Source: an uncultured Bdellovibrio sp. (GTDB lineage Bacteria; Bdellovibrionota; Bdellovibrionia; Bdellovibrionales; Bdellovibrionaceae). Taken from it: a stretch of DNA of 64,000 nucleotides. Below, piece after piece: positions 30,044 through 40,409 of the stretch. Positions within the stretch are counted from its first letter, which is position 1, and each line of letters starts with the position of its first letter. The stretch is from positions 1-64,000 of the forward strand of contig CAWVRN010000023.1 in assembly GCA_963932905.1 (NCBI GenBank). The letters run 5' to 3'. The position numbers and the translations under genes were made by a program. The notes beneath the pieces are model-generated. The model had not been told where the DNA came from, searched no databases, and was given only the letters and a program-made list of their open reading frames with translations.

Positions 30044-30206
30044 ATTTCCTCACTGACCTCAGTCGGGACTGATATTAAATCAAAATATCTGGTTTTCAAT
30101 CACAAAAAATCGTTGATTTAGTAGGCGAGACTCATCTAAGGTCGCATTGACCCACACGGTCCAAATCCGATATTCTAATGATAACTCGTATTATAAGGAA
30201 GTCATA

Positions 30207-31049
30207 ATGGGTGCAAAGTCAGATGTAGCCGTAAAACTAGTGCTAGTGTTTTTCATTTCTTTGTTGTCGTTCTCGATTGGAACATACATTGGAAAGAAAT
30301 ATAGCGATAACCAATACAAATTGGCTCAGCTAGAACCAGCAGCTGCTGGTCACGATGAAAAACGCGCGATTGCTAGTGAGCATGGGGAAGGTCATGCAGC
30401 ACCAGCTAAAGATCAATTGATTACAGACGATGAAATCAAAAACTTAGCAGAAGAAAAGCTAAAAAAAGACGAATTTGTTGCGGATGACTCAGCGGCTGAA
30501 GGTCACGGCGATACACATGGCGACAAGCACGAAGCTAAACATGAAGCTAAACATGAAGAAAAACGTGAACCAGCTAAAGCTGAACATGGCGTTGAAAAAA
30601 CTACTGAAAAAGCGACCGAGAAAGCTGTAGACAAACATGAAACTCCGGCTCACAAGCCAGTAAGCAAAAAATCTGAGTCTCATGAAGACGCTCCGCTTGA
30701 AGCCGCTAAATCATTCCTTGATGGCAAAGTGCCCGCAGCGAAAGAAGCCGCTAAAGCTGAAAACCGGTTACCATCAAGCTTGCCAAAAGATATTTCTCAA
30801 TACGCCTTAGGTAAATTCACCGTGCAAGTAGCTTCGTATGCTACCAAAGAAGAAGCTGAAAAACGCGCCACTAAATTAAAAGAACAAGGTTACCAAACAA
30901 ATGTAATCCCGGCTAAAGTAAACGATAAACAGTGGTATCGCGTGTCGTTCGGGCTGTACGGGACTCAAGAAGAAGCAAATACAGAACGATCTAAATACTT
31001 AGAAAAGTATAAAACTGAATCGGCTCTGGTCCAAAAAATAAAAAACTAA
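30207..31049 (+). CDS. SPOR-domain protein (N-terminal TM, His/Glu/Lys-rich linker)
   Basis: FTVQVASY...WYRVSFGLY SPOR motifs; ATG 30207 after AAGGA. Confidence 0.88.
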   Translation: MGAKSDVAVKLVLVFFISLLSFSIGTYIGKKYSDNQYKLAQLEPAAAGHDEKRAIASEHGEGHAAPAKDQLITDDEIKNLAEEKLKKDEFVADDSAAEGHGDTHGDKHEAKHEAKHEEKREPAKAEHGVEKTTEKATEKAVDKHETPAHKPVSKKSESHEDAPLEAAKSFLDGKVPAAKEAAKAENRLPSSLPKDISQYALGKFTVQVASYATKEEAEKRATKLKEQGYQTNVIPAKVNDKQWYRVSFGLYGTQEEANTERSKYLEKYKTESALVQKIKN

Positions 31050-31072
31050 TTTTTAGATTAGAATTAATTTTA

Positions 31073-31101
31073 ATAAAAGCCGATTTTATGTCGGCTTTTA
31101 T
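31073..31101 (+). terminator. Intrinsic terminator after the SPOR gene
   Basis: ataaaagccga-ttttatg-tcggcttttat followed by T-rich tract. Confidence 0.8.
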
Positions 31102-31205
31102 ATTTTCCGCACCTCCGCCAAGAATGTTAGGAAACGATTGAGGTTTGTTTTCCAGTGTAAATTCCAAAAATTATAAACTAAGATCAACCGGGTAAGGGGG
31201 CATCC

Positions 31206-32678
31206 ATGCGCCAAATATATTGTACTCTTCTTTTTTTATTCGGTTTTTATTCGGTTCAAGCGGCTCCCAAATTAATCGTTTATTTGGTTTACGATCAATT
31301 GCGCGCAGACATACTTACTTTGAATAAAACTAAATTTCTTTCAGCGAAACAAGGCAATCAATTAGGTGGTTTTAATTACCTGATGCAAAATGGATCGTAT
31401 TATCCTTTTGCTGAATACGAAGTCCTTTCCAGTATGACGTGTCCGGGGCATGCGATTATTTCTACAGGCTCTTGGCCAATTCATATGGGAATTGCCATCA
31501 ATGATTGGTATTCGCGCACAAAAAATAAAGTGGAGTACTGTGTGGAAGATCCAGAATTTGGCTTTTCTCCTAGAAAGCTGACGACGACCACGATATCTGA
31601 TGAATTCAAAGGTTCAGATCAAAAAAGCAAAGTCTATGCGATCGCACTCAAAGATAGATCCGCGATCATGTTAGGTGGACATAAAGCCGACGGCGCCTTT
31701 TGGTTTGATGATAAAAAATGGGGATGGACGACAAGTAAATACTACGACAAGGTGAATTCCACCTGGTTAACCGCCCAAAACAAGAAATTGGTTCCCAAAC
31801 AACCAGAAACCGGTTTGTTGAGAAAAATTTGGGGTATCCAAAGAACCGTTGATTTAGCAGAAGCCATCGTAGAACAGGAAAAATTGGGTAAAACCGATGG
31901 AACAGATTTTTTGTTTATTAGTTTTTCGACTCACGATATGGCGGGGCATATGTATGGTCCCAATTCAGAGGAAATGAGAAAACTGATTGTCGATGAAGAT
32001 AAAGAACTGTCTCGTTTTTTAAACACCTTGAAAAGTAAATTCAATTTAGAAAAAGATGTGTTGTTTGTTTTAACGGGCGACCACGGAATTCCGCCATCGG
32101 TAGATTATTCGAATAAAAATAAAATCAGCGCCGAGTTTCTAAATGAAATTCAGTTTATCGATAAAGTATATAAAGAAATAAACGCTACTTATGATGTTTC
32201 CGACAAAAAAGATTGGTTTAAAGCCATCCAGTCCATGCATTACCTGGTGAATTGGGATCTGGTTACTAAACTTAAAATCGAAAGAAAATCATTCTTGGAA
32301 AAAGTCAGAACGATTATCAAGAATACGGGCGTCGCCGAAGAAGTTATTGTTCCTGAACTGTATTCAAAAGATATGTTGATGAGTCCACGTTTAAAACGGC
32401 AAATAGAAAATTCATTTATTGCCGAACAATGGGGCGACCTTATTTTGATGCCAAAACCATATTCGTTTCCTGACGAAAAAGGACGCAAGGTCGATCACGT
32501 GTCGGGCTATTCATATGATAAAATGGTTCCGTTAATTTTCGTTGGGCCTGGTTTCAAAAAAAAAACGTTCTACTCCAAGGCCTATATTGTCGATATTCAT
32601 CCCACAATCGCGGCGATCCTTGGGGTTATCCCCAGCCCCAAAGTCGATGGGCGAATTCTACATGAAGTTTTAAAATGA
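31206..32678 (+). CDS. Secreted alkaline phosphatase/phosphodiesterase superfamily enzyme (PafA-like)
   Basis: Signal peptide; DQLR, TCPGHA (Thr nucleophile), KDRSA, DMAGHMYGP, TGDHG. Confidence 0.88.
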   Translation: MRQIYCTLLFLFGFYSVQAAPKLIVYLVYDQLRADILTLNKTKFLSAKQGNQLGGFNYLMQNGSYYPFAEYEVLSSMTCPGHAIISTGSWPIHMGIAINDWYSRTKNKVEYCVEDPEFGFSPRKLTTTTISDEFKGSDQKSKVYAIALKDRSAIMLGGHKADGAFWFDDKKWGWTTSKYYDKVNSTWLTAQNKKLVPKQPETGLLRKIWGIQRTVDLAEAIVEQEKLGKTDGTDFLFISFSTHDMAGHMYGPNSEEMRKLIVDEDKELSRFLNTLKSKFNLEKDVLFVLTGDHGIPPSVDYSNKNKISAEFLNEIQFIDKVYKEINATYDVSDKKDWFKAIQSMHYLVNWDLVTKLKIERKSFLEKVRTIIKNTGVAEEVIVPELYSKDMLMSPRLKRQIENSFIAEQWGDLILMPKPYSFPDEKGRKVDHVSGYSYDKMVPLIFVGPGFKKKTFYSKAYIVDIHPTIAAILGVIPSPKVDGRILHEVLK

Positions 32679-33206
32679 CAAGCCCAGCTTGAAAACAGCC
32701 GCAGGCGTGGGTTGTGGCCGATAGTCTTTGGCCATAATCAATCGGAAGTCAAAAGCCGCGTGGAAAAAGGAATAGATCACTTGGGTCGAGACAATTCCTG
32801 ATGCATATAAAATTTGTCCTGAATTTGTGTCCGTGCTGACGCCGTTAAATTGATTGGTGAGCTTCGTTTCGTACATACCGACGCCAACACCAGAAAACAA
32901 GTAAAGGTAATCGTATAGGACACCCATTAAAAATAAATGAGAAGAGCCAATTTCAGAATAACTTTCTTTAAAGCTTACTAGCGGTGCACTAGATTCTTTT
33001 GACCAACGTGTGACTTCCAATCCCACTTGGTAGATTTGAAACGTCAACGCCGCAGATACCGACGTATCCGTCTGTTGAAAATATAAATCCTGATTTTCGT
33101 TTTCCGAATAGCGCTGCTCGATAGACACGGGAAACAAGGACACTCGCGCTGCCATGGTAGGCAATCCCAATAACAGAATCGTCAGCAGGGCAAGTGCTAT
33201 TTTCAT
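32670..33206 (-). CDS. Hypothetical small outer-membrane beta-barrel protein
   Basis: Signal peptide, amphipathic strands, C-terminal KLGLSF; ATGA-coupled to the upstream lipoprotein. Confidence 0.55.
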   Translation of the reverse strand: MKIALALLTILLLGLPTMAARVSLFPVSIEQRYSENENQDLYFQQTDTSVSAALTFQIYQVGLEVTRWSKESSAPLVSFKESYSEIGSSHLFLMGVLYDYLYLFSGVGVGMYETKLTNQFNGVSTDTNSGQILYASGIVSTQVIYSFFHAAFDFRLIMAKDYRPQPTPAAVFKLGLSF

Positions 33207-34594
33207 TGTACGCCTTTAGTGGCTAGTTTGAACTGGCTAGATGAAGATTGGCCACTAGCAACGCATTCTAATTTATTGCTCCAATTGGGGTCGTTTTCCA
33301 AAAATAGTCTTAGAAGATTGCATTCATTTTGATTTTTTATTTCTTGAGCCGTAATAAAATCATACATCAAAGCATACGGACTTTTTAATTCAGTTTGTGC
33401 ACTGGCCATCGTAATTTGTGGCAATGATTTAGCCAAGCTCTTGACAAAATTGATGACCGTTTGATTCATGTTTTTTTTGACTTCAGTGTCGGAAAGACCG
33501 CGTTCCCGTTGAACAGTTTCAGAATAAGTTTTAAAGAACAGTGCCACGCGCGCCCCCAGTAAATACGAATACGCATTTACCAAATCTAATTTTTCTTCGT
33601 CGCTTTCAGAAACTTGGTAGACGATACTCAACATTTCGGCTTCTGATAGTAGTTGAAGCGTTTCGATGTTTTGCGATTTTAAGTCTAATTTACGAGTCGT
33701 GATGGTTTGCGGTAGAGAATGCGCAATAAATGCCGAATCATTTACATACTGCCAGCCCCAATAGTCGGCTAAGCCTTCATTGAAACCTTTGATCAATAGT
33801 GAGTAATACCATTTCACGTTGTCGGCATCGAGCGTGACTGGTCCTTCCGCAAGTTTTACGGTCAGTTTTTTCACCTGTTCGGATAAGTCTTTGTTTTTTA
33901 CATCGTCCAACGTTTTTGAATTAATCAGTTTATTGATCGCAATAGGTATGCTGAACACGTCGCTGTTCTTGACGGCGCGGATAACTAGTTTGTCGAAAAT
34001 AGAATGGAAATATTCATGAGCGAAAACACCTCCGTTTAATGACAGAGGTAAATTTCCTTCCGAGTATTTTAAAAACACAATCGCATCTAAATCCCCATCG
34101 AAGAAGGCATTGTTTTCATTTTGCTTCGTGTTTAGAACAGGGGTATCCAAAACAATTTTTAACGGCTTATTGCGCTTAGAATCAAAATCCAAAGACGTTT
34201 CTAGTCGTACCAAATTTTGTGCGTGGTAGTAGAGAGTTGCAATCTGTTGAGTTAGGAAATTCTTTGGGACAAACGTACCCTCTTTGCTTTTTAAAAATTG
34301 TCCGCGAGGTTGGGTTCCCAGTAGATGCCCCTCGACGCGTGATGCTCGCGTATAAAACTGAGCATACTTGCCCGACGAGGAAACTAAATCATACACATCC
34401 AGTAAATCCACAACGGCAAACGAATAGGGTGTGGTGGCAGCGGTATCGTTGGTGACCGAACCAGGGGCAATAATTTGAACTTTGATTCGACCAGACGCTG
34501 AATCGGCGTCACCTTTGAACGACTTTCCACAGCCCGCGATCGACCCACCGACCAATAGCAATAAAATAGCAGCACCCTGAACCCACAGTTTCAT
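33203..34594 (-). CDS. Lipoprotein with gluzincin (thermolysin/M4-M36-like) metallopeptidase motifs
   Basis: Lipobox IAGC; NNAFFDG, AHEYFH (HEXXH), GFNEGLADY. Confidence 0.75.
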   Translation of the reverse strand: MKLWVQGAAILLLLVGGSIAGCGKSFKGDADSASGRIKVQIIAPGSVTNDTAATTPYSFAVVDLLDVYDLVSSSGKYAQFYTRASRVEGHLLGTQPRGQFLKSKEGTFVPKNFLTQQIATLYYHAQNLVRLETSLDFDSKRNKPLKIVLDTPVLNTKQNENNAFFDGDLDAIVFLKYSEGNLPLSLNGGVFAHEYFHSIFDKLVIRAVKNSDVFSIPIAINKLINSKTLDDVKNKDLSEQVKKLTVKLAEGPVTLDADNVKWYYSLLIKGFNEGLADYWGWQYVNDSAFIAHSLPQTITTRKLDLKSQNIETLQLLSEAEMLSIVYQVSESDEEKLDLVNAYSYLLGARVALFFKTYSETVQRERGLSDTEVKKNMNQTVINFVKSLAKSLPQITMASAQTELKSPYALMYDFITAQEIKNQNECNLLRLFLENDPNWSNKLECVASGQSSSSQFKLATKGVQ

Positions 34595-34720
34595 GGAGCT
34601 GTTATAGCCTTTTATGCCTAGAAAACCAACATTGTTATTGGGCAGAAGCTGAAGAGTTTTAAAGGGTTAGTAAAAATTATGGGTTTGACTGCGTTTTAAA
34701 CAGTTCATTACAATCAGTCG

Positions 34721-35824
34721 ATGGACTCTAGCCAAATTAAAATCAAAAAAGGTTCTATTCTTGTTTATCGACTGTTTGATATCGCCGAGGAAATCAATAT
34801 CCCCCAAGTTGAGGCGATTTTGCATGATAATCGTGGTCCCGACCGGTTTAGAGTTCCCAAATACATCGATCGCGCCATTCAACTAAAGAAACCGCCTGTG
34901 TCGTTCGGATTAGGGGAAGAGGTTTTCACCGCACAAAATCGTACGTTCAAAGCCGACGTCATCATGAAGCTGCGTGATTTTGGAACGCTCTCGATTATCT
35001 ACCAAATTAACATTCCTTCAGGTACATCATGGAAAGAACTCATCGACATTGCGCAAGCCTTAGAAGAGGGTTCCGAAATCGATAGTTTAGCCAAACAGCA
35101 ATCCCGTGAAATTACGAAAACGATTATGTCGGCAATTAAAAAACCGTCCGAATGGGATGGGTTCGAAGATTACATCGTCTACTTCATCGAAGAATTTGAG
35201 AACGGATTTTCCGCTGAGGAGTTTAAAAAAGAAGCCGATTTCACGGCCTTGATGCTGGCGGAAAATCAAGTAAAACTATCTAAAGACATGAAGGATAGTT
35301 CATCCGAAACTATCTACCAATATGGCGAAAATGACCTGGCCATTATCGAGTGGAATTCGGCGATTGTGATTGAGCCTAGCGGTTCCCGAGATGTTCCCGA
35401 TATTTTAGAATTTGGTATCACTCAGTTAATGGAAATGCGTTACTACGATGATTTGCTAGATGATAAGCTAAACACTCTCTACGATGATATTCAAAAAAAA
35501 CGCCACTCCATTTGGGCTTCAAAATATGATCGCCTCTACGAAGACGCGAGCTCTCGGTACATCGAATTTATCGAGTTCCTTGAACGGGTAGAGAACTCAT
35601 TAAAAGTCGTAGGGGATTTCTATTTGGCGAAGATCTATCGTGGGGCTGCCACACAGTTTCGAATCAAAGATTGGCAAGATAGCGTAACTCGTAAAATGAA
35701 TATTTTGGCTCAGGTCAGTAATCTTCTGCAGGGCGAGATGAATGTGCGGCGGAGTCACCTGCTAGAGATCATCATTGTATTGCTGATCACCTACGAAATT
35801 ATCTCCGCCGTCTTTAAAAACTGA
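34721..35824 (+). CDS. Conserved hypothetical protein (DUF155/RMD1-like, C-terminal TM)
   Basis: YRLFDIAEEI N-terminus, QLMEMRYYDDLLD helix, C-terminal LEIIIVLLI..EI. Confidence 0.5.
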   Translation: MDSSQIKIKKGSILVYRLFDIAEEINIPQVEAILHDNRGPDRFRVPKYIDRAIQLKKPPVSFGLGEEVFTAQNRTFKADVIMKLRDFGTLSIIYQINIPSGTSWKELIDIAQALEEGSEIDSLAKQQSREITKTIMSAIKKPSEWDGFEDYIVYFIEEFENGFSAEEFKKEADFTALMLAENQVKLSKDMKDSSSETIYQYGENDLAIIEWNSAIVIEPSGSRDVPDILEFGITQLMEMRYYDDLLDDKLNTLYDDIQKKRHSIWASKYDRLYEDASSRYIEFIEFLERVENSLKVVGDFYLAKIYRGAATQFRIKDWQDSVTRKMNILAQVSNLLQGEMNVRRSHLLEIIIVLLITYEIISAVFKN

Positions 35825-35834
35825 TTAAATCGGA

Positions 35835-36728
35835 CTATTGCACTACTATTTGTAACGTTGCCGGACAGTGATCCGAAACATTTTTGTAGTAGAAATCAAA
35901 ATTCATGTAACCAGAACCATTTTGATTAGCGCTACATACTGGAAATACATCAGGTAGCACCGTCACACGCATAGTTCCGCGCACATAAAATTGGTCAAAC
36001 TGATTTCTGAATTCCGGGCTACGGAATGTGTATACGTTCGGTTTGTGGGGAACGCGTATGTAACCCTTAGAAACACTATTCAAAGACTGTAGAAGCAAAT
36101 CCACATCGTCGGCCTTTTGCTTTGTTTCTGATTTTAGGAATGTATTCATATCGCCAGTCAGAACAACCGGACGACCTTGTGGAATTTTTGCTAAATCTTT
36201 AGAAATCGCGGCGACTTGTTGCATGCGAAGCGCAGTTTCCGTCGGCATTGCTTTCAAGTGAACGCCAACGAGTGTGAACAAGTTACGTTTTGATTTCGTT
36301 TCTACAACATCGACTCGCATAGCTGGGCGCAGATTTGTGTTTCCGCCCTGAGCTTCTTCAATCGTGAAGTTGTTGTCGTAATTAACTTTGTTGAGTGACA
36401 CGCCCGGAGTGGCGCATAAAACAACATGTTGATGTTGAGGTTGTGGATGCTCGTAGCTGATGCAAGTCCAACCTTGAGGCAGGATTGACATCACGTCCTT
36501 TACAACGACGACTTCTTCAAAAACAAAAAGGTTGGTATTTATTAGATATTTAGAGATCAAGTCTTTTACGTATTTAATTCGGTATTCTTTGATAGGTTTG
36601 TTTGGATCGCCGCCGATGCCGAACCATTTTAGATTGAAGGTGGTGATGTTAACGCTAGTTTGTTGGGCGTTAGCAGCAGACCATGGTAGTACAATCGCGA
36701 TCCAGAACATCAATAAAGAACTTTTCAT
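35835..36728 (-). CDS. Secreted endonuclease/exonuclease/phosphatase (EEP, DNase I-like) protein
   Basis: Signal peptide (ANA); TFNLKWF, EEV, VHLKA, GDMN, SDHCP. Confidence 0.88.
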   Translation of the reverse strand: MKSSLLMFWIAIVLPWSAANAQQTSVNITTFNLKWFGIGGDPNKPIKEYRIKYVKDLISKYLINTNLFVFEEVVVVKDVMSILPQGWTCISYEHPQPQHQHVVLCATPGVSLNKVNYDNNFTIEEAQGGNTNLRPAMRVDVVETKSKRNLFTLVGVHLKAMPTETALRMQQVAAISKDLAKIPQGRPVVLTGDMNTFLKSETKQKADDVDLLLQSLNSVSKGYIRVPHKPNVYTFRSPEFRNQFDQFYVRGTMRVTVLPDVFPVCSANQNGSGYMNFDFYYKNVSDHCPATLQIVVQ

Positions 36729-36934
36729 TCATCCCCCCGGAGTGAAAAGTAACCTTGACTGGCTACATCGATATTGAAACCTATTAGCAAAAACTCTGTC
36801 ACTAAAACATTTGTTAGAATTGTATTTTGATTCAGCTCGAGGTACCTGACGAGCCAAAAATTGGGCATTTTCGATGTGAATCTAGGGCAAAATATATTGA
36901 AAAACCTGCGGTTTGAGACTACATCATCAACACG

Positions 36935-39235
36935 ATGACGCCAGAACAAATCTTAACTCAAAAATTAAATCCCCCACAGCGCGAGGCTGTGCTGCATCAA
37001 ACTGGTCCATTGCTGATTTTAGCTGGAGCTGGTTCTGGAAAAACACGTGTTTTGACTCATCGTATGGCGTATTTAGTGGCCGAAGGCTTAGCCGCGCCCG
37101 ATGAAGTTCTGTGTATGACATTCACGAACAAAGCCGCGCACGAAATGGAAAGCCGTATTTTTCAATTGTTGTCGTCGCTAGGCATTCCGGTTCACGGTTA
37201 TCTTTGGATTTCTACATTCCACAGTTTTTGCGTTCGTATTTTAAAGCAACACATCACGCTTTTAGACTACAAGCAGTATTTCACCATTTACGATAGTTCA
37301 GACCAATTGTCGGCGATTAAGAAAGTGGTCCAATCGCTTGGAATTAACGATAAACTGTACCCTCCGAAAACATTCCAGGCGCGGATCAGTTCAGCCAAAA
37401 TGATGGGCTTAACTCCGGAAGGAATTAAAAAGAACAATAAAAACTTCATGGATCCTAAAACATTTGAAGTGTATGCGGCGTATGAAGCTACCTTGAAAAT
37501 GGCCAATGCTTTAGATTTTGATGATTTGCTTCTGAAAACTCATGAACTGTTCAATATGTACCCAGATTTACTTTTGGAATACCAAAAGAAATTTAAATTC
37601 ATCATGGTGGACGAATACCAAGACACCAACCACATTCAGTATCTGTTAGTCAAACAACTAGGTCATTTCCATCGTAATGTATGCGTCGTGGGTGATGAAG
37701 ATCAGTCGATCTACAGCTGGCGCGGAGCCGACATTCAAAATATTTTGGATTTTGAAAAAGATTTCACCGATGCGAAAACGATCAAGTTAGAAGAAAATTA
37801 TCGTTCTTCAAATAATATTGTCCAGGCAGCCACGGCAGTTATTAAAAACAACACGCAAAGAAAAAATAAAACCTTATTTACAAACAACAATCCGGGCGAT
37901 TTGATTGAAGTTCGTGAAGAACGTTCTGAATATGATGAAGCCCGCTATGTCGTTAAGACTTTGCAAACGTGGATGACAGAAGGCGAAGGCACCTACAATG
38001 ATTACGCCATTTTCTATCGAACGAATTCCCAGTCTCGTGTACTCGAGGAACAGTTACGTACGGCATCGATTCCGTACCGTATCGTTGGCGGCGTGCGATT
38101 CTATGATCGTATGGAGATCAAGGATATTATTTCTTATTTAAAACTGTGTTTGAATCCAGCGGATGATATTGCCGTTAAACGCGTTATCAATGTCCCTACG
38201 CGCGGGATTGGTAAAACAACCGTCGAGAAAATCGATGATATCGTGGACCGCGATAAAATTACGTTTCTAAATGCGGCAGCTAAGGCGATTGAAACACGCG
38301 TGTTTAACGCCGGTACAACTGGCAAGCTACGTCGTTTCCTTGATCTATTGGAAGAAATCCGCGGTTTGAGTCAAAACTACCGGCTGGATGAATTGTACCC
38401 GCTGATTTTAGAAAAAACCGAATATCTGAAAGCCTTAAAAGCCGAAGGAACGACAGAGGCCGAAGCGCGCATCGACAACTTGGAAGAGTTAGATAATGCC
38501 ATTGCTCAGTTCCTTAAGGAACGTGGTGAAGAGGGAACTTTGCAGACCTTCTTGGAAGAAATGTCATTGGCTTCTGATGCTGATCAGTTGAAGCAAGAAG
38601 TGAATTCTGTGACGCTGATGACTCTGCATATTTCTAAAGGTTTGGAATTCCCTTACGTATTTATTGTAGGTATGGAAGATGGCCTATTCCCAAGTTTGCG
38701 TTTTGAATCTGAAGGCGAAGACGACATGGAAGAAGAGCGACGTTTAGCCTACGTGGGCATGACTCGTGCACGCAAACGTTTGAGCTTGTCGTATGCAAAA
38801 ACGCGTAAATTATGGGGTCAGGATCAGGCGCACCCACCATCGCGTTTTTTAAAAGAAATTCCAAACGAGTTAGTTCGGTTTAAAACGTCAGTGACTAATA
38901 ACTTTTTCGATCGTTATGGATCGTCGTCGGCGGGCTCAAGTTATGGAAGTTCACGACCATCGGTGCCTAGTTATTCGTCAGATAATTATTCAACCTCTAA
39001 AAGTAAGCGCCAATCATTCGATGACGACTTTGATGTGCAATCGCATCCAGATGACGATGCCCCCACGAAACCGGGATTTTCAAAAGGTATGAAAGTTCGC
39101 CACCCAACGTTTGGTACAGGGTCTGTTTTTGATACCGAAGGTTCTGGCGAGATGTACAAAGTGAGTGTTTTATTTGCTGATAACACGATCAAAAAATTCG
39201 TGGTAAAATACGCACGCCTTGAAGTAATCAAATAA
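36935..39235 (+). CDS. uvrD: ATP-dependent DNA helicase UvrD/PcrA
   Basis: AGAGSGKT, VDEYQDTN, GDEDQSIYSWRGA, EEERRLAYVGMTRA, C-terminal Tudor-like VRHPTFG. Confidence 0.95.
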   Translation: MTPEQILTQKLNPPQREAVLHQTGPLLILAGAGSGKTRVLTHRMAYLVAEGLAAPDEVLCMTFTNKAAHEMESRIFQLLSSLGIPVHGYLWISTFHSFCVRILKQHITLLDYKQYFTIYDSSDQLSAIKKVVQSLGINDKLYPPKTFQARISSAKMMGLTPEGIKKNNKNFMDPKTFEVYAAYEATLKMANALDFDDLLLKTHELFNMYPDLLLEYQKKFKFIMVDEYQDTNHIQYLLVKQLGHFHRNVCVVGDEDQSIYSWRGADIQNILDFEKDFTDAKTIKLEENYRSSNNIVQAATAVIKNNTQRKNKTLFTNNNPGDLIEVREERSEYDEARYVVKTLQTWMTEGEGTYNDYAIFYRTNSQSRVLEEQLRTASIPYRIVGGVRFYDRMEIKDIISYLKLCLNPADDIAVKRVINVPTRGIGKTTVEKIDDIVDRDKITFLNAAAKAIETRVFNAGTTGKLRRFLDLLEEIRGLSQNYRLDELYPLILEKTEYLKALKAEGTTEAEARIDNLEELDNAIAQFLKERGEEGTLQTFLEEMSLASDADQLKQEVNSVTLMTLHISKGLEFPYVFIVGMEDGLFPSLRFESEGEDDMEEERRLAYVGMTRARKRLSLSYAKTRKLWGQDQAHPPSRFLKEIPNELVRFKTSVTNNFFDRYGSSSAGSSYGSSRPSVPSYSSDNYSTSKSKRQSFDDDFDVQSHPDDDAPTKPGFSKGMKVRHPTFGTGSVFDTEGSGEMYKVSVLFADNTIKKFVVKYARLEVIK

Positions 39236-39306
39236 ATATTGACCGATCATTTAACAAAGTTATGATGTCGGTAATCAATATAAATCAAGCTATTACAGGA
39301 GAATTT

Positions 39307-39882
39307 ATGATGAAGTTCGCTATTCAAATTTTAACTATTTCTACTTTGGTGTTCAGTGCCAATGCATTTGCACAAAAAAAAGGGACATCTAAAAGCCCCG
39401 TAGTAGCTACACCTGCCCCTGTTCAGCAATCTTACTATGCTGATTTCGACTGGGAACTGCAAACGATGCTTTCTGGTGGTGGTTTACAAAGTTTGAAAAA
39501 AGGCGGCGAAACATCGACCATCATCGGTGCACAAGCGTCTATCACTAAAGTTATCCGCAGCAATATTCAAGCAGGTGCGGAAGCTGAATTCTACAACGAA
39601 AGCGGCGGCGGCGGATCCAGCTACTTCCAAATTCTTGGTATCGGCGTTTACAATTTTGATAACAATCTTAAAGACTCTTTCTACGCAAAAGCGGGGTTGG
39701 GTATGTTAAATGTGATCAACGACAAATTTAAAAACGAATCGAAAGTTGGTTTCCTAGTTGGTGTCGGCAAACGCATCCTTCTTATGGATAAAGTAGCTTA
39801 TACACCCGAAGGACGTTTGATCGTTGTTGACGGTGGGACTCGTTTGCAAATTTTAGCTTTGAATTTTTCTCTTTTTTACTAA
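39307..39882 (+). CDS. Outer-membrane beta-barrel protein
   Basis: Signal peptide (AFA), amphipathic strands, C-terminal FSLFY; ATG 39307 after AGGAG. Confidence 0.65.
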   Translation: MMKFAIQILTISTLVFSANAFAQKKGTSKSPVVATPAPVQQSYYADFDWELQTMLSGGGLQSLKKGGETSTIIGAQASITKVIRSNIQAGAEAEFYNESGGGGSSYFQILGIGVYNFDNNLKDSFYAKAGLGMLNVINDKFKNESKVGFLVGVGKRILLMDKVAYTPEGRLIVVDGGTRLQILALNFSLFY

Positions 39883-39947
39883 GCCTTAAGCGCCCGACTG
39901 CCGCGTTCATCCTTGAATCCAGACTTGATTTGCGGCAAGTTAGGCCC

Positions 39948-40409
39948 ATGGGGATCAAACACTCAATAATGTACTATCTGGCGAAACGCGATCATTCTGA
40001 AAAAGAATTGAAAACCAAGCTTCGCCGTCTGAAAGATTTCCAAGATAAAAAGAAACCTCGTTATACTCCTGAAGAAGTGGACGAGGGTATTGCCTGGGCG
40101 ATTGATAACAAATGGTTAAAACCCAAAGACCAATTATCTGAATCGGTTGCCCGATCTTTACACAATAAAAACAAAGGCATTCGTTATATTAATGGCTATC
40201 TTTCGCAAAAAGGCCTGCCGCCCCAGTCGGAAGACGAGGAGCAGGAGCTAGAGAAGGCTATTAAGCTTCTACGCCGAAAAATACTTAACAAAACGATAGA
40301 TTCAAACTTGAAATTAAAACTGAGTCGTTTTTTAATCTCAAGAGGGTTTGGATCCTCTATCGTGGCAAAAGCCCTTAAGGGAGTTATCAGTGAACAGTCA
40401 TCAAGTTAG
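39948..40409 (+). CDS. recX: Regulatory protein RecX
   Basis: LAKRDHSEKELKTKL, KGIRYI..YLSQKG, RFLISRGF. Confidence 0.85.
   Translation: MGIKHSIMYYLAKRDHSEKELKTKLRRLKDFQDKKKPRYTPEEVDEGIAWAIDNKWLKPKDQLSESVARSLHNKNKGIRYINGYLSQKGLPPQSEDEEQELEKAIKLLRRKILNKTIDSNLKLKLSRFLISRGFGSSIVAKALKGVISEQSSS

Noticed and set aside
30057..30067. cctcagtcggg matches part of the structured-element core
   Set aside because: Only 11 nt, with no flanking core or outer stem; compatible with chance
30490..30690. His/Glu/Lys-rich repeats (KHEAKHEAKHEEK) in the SPOR protein
   Set aside because: Low-complexity disordered linker, common in SPOR proteins
31121..31132. agaatgttagga matches the 12.6-kb palindrome arm
   Set aside because: 12-nt match without a partner arm; plausible by chance in 64 kb
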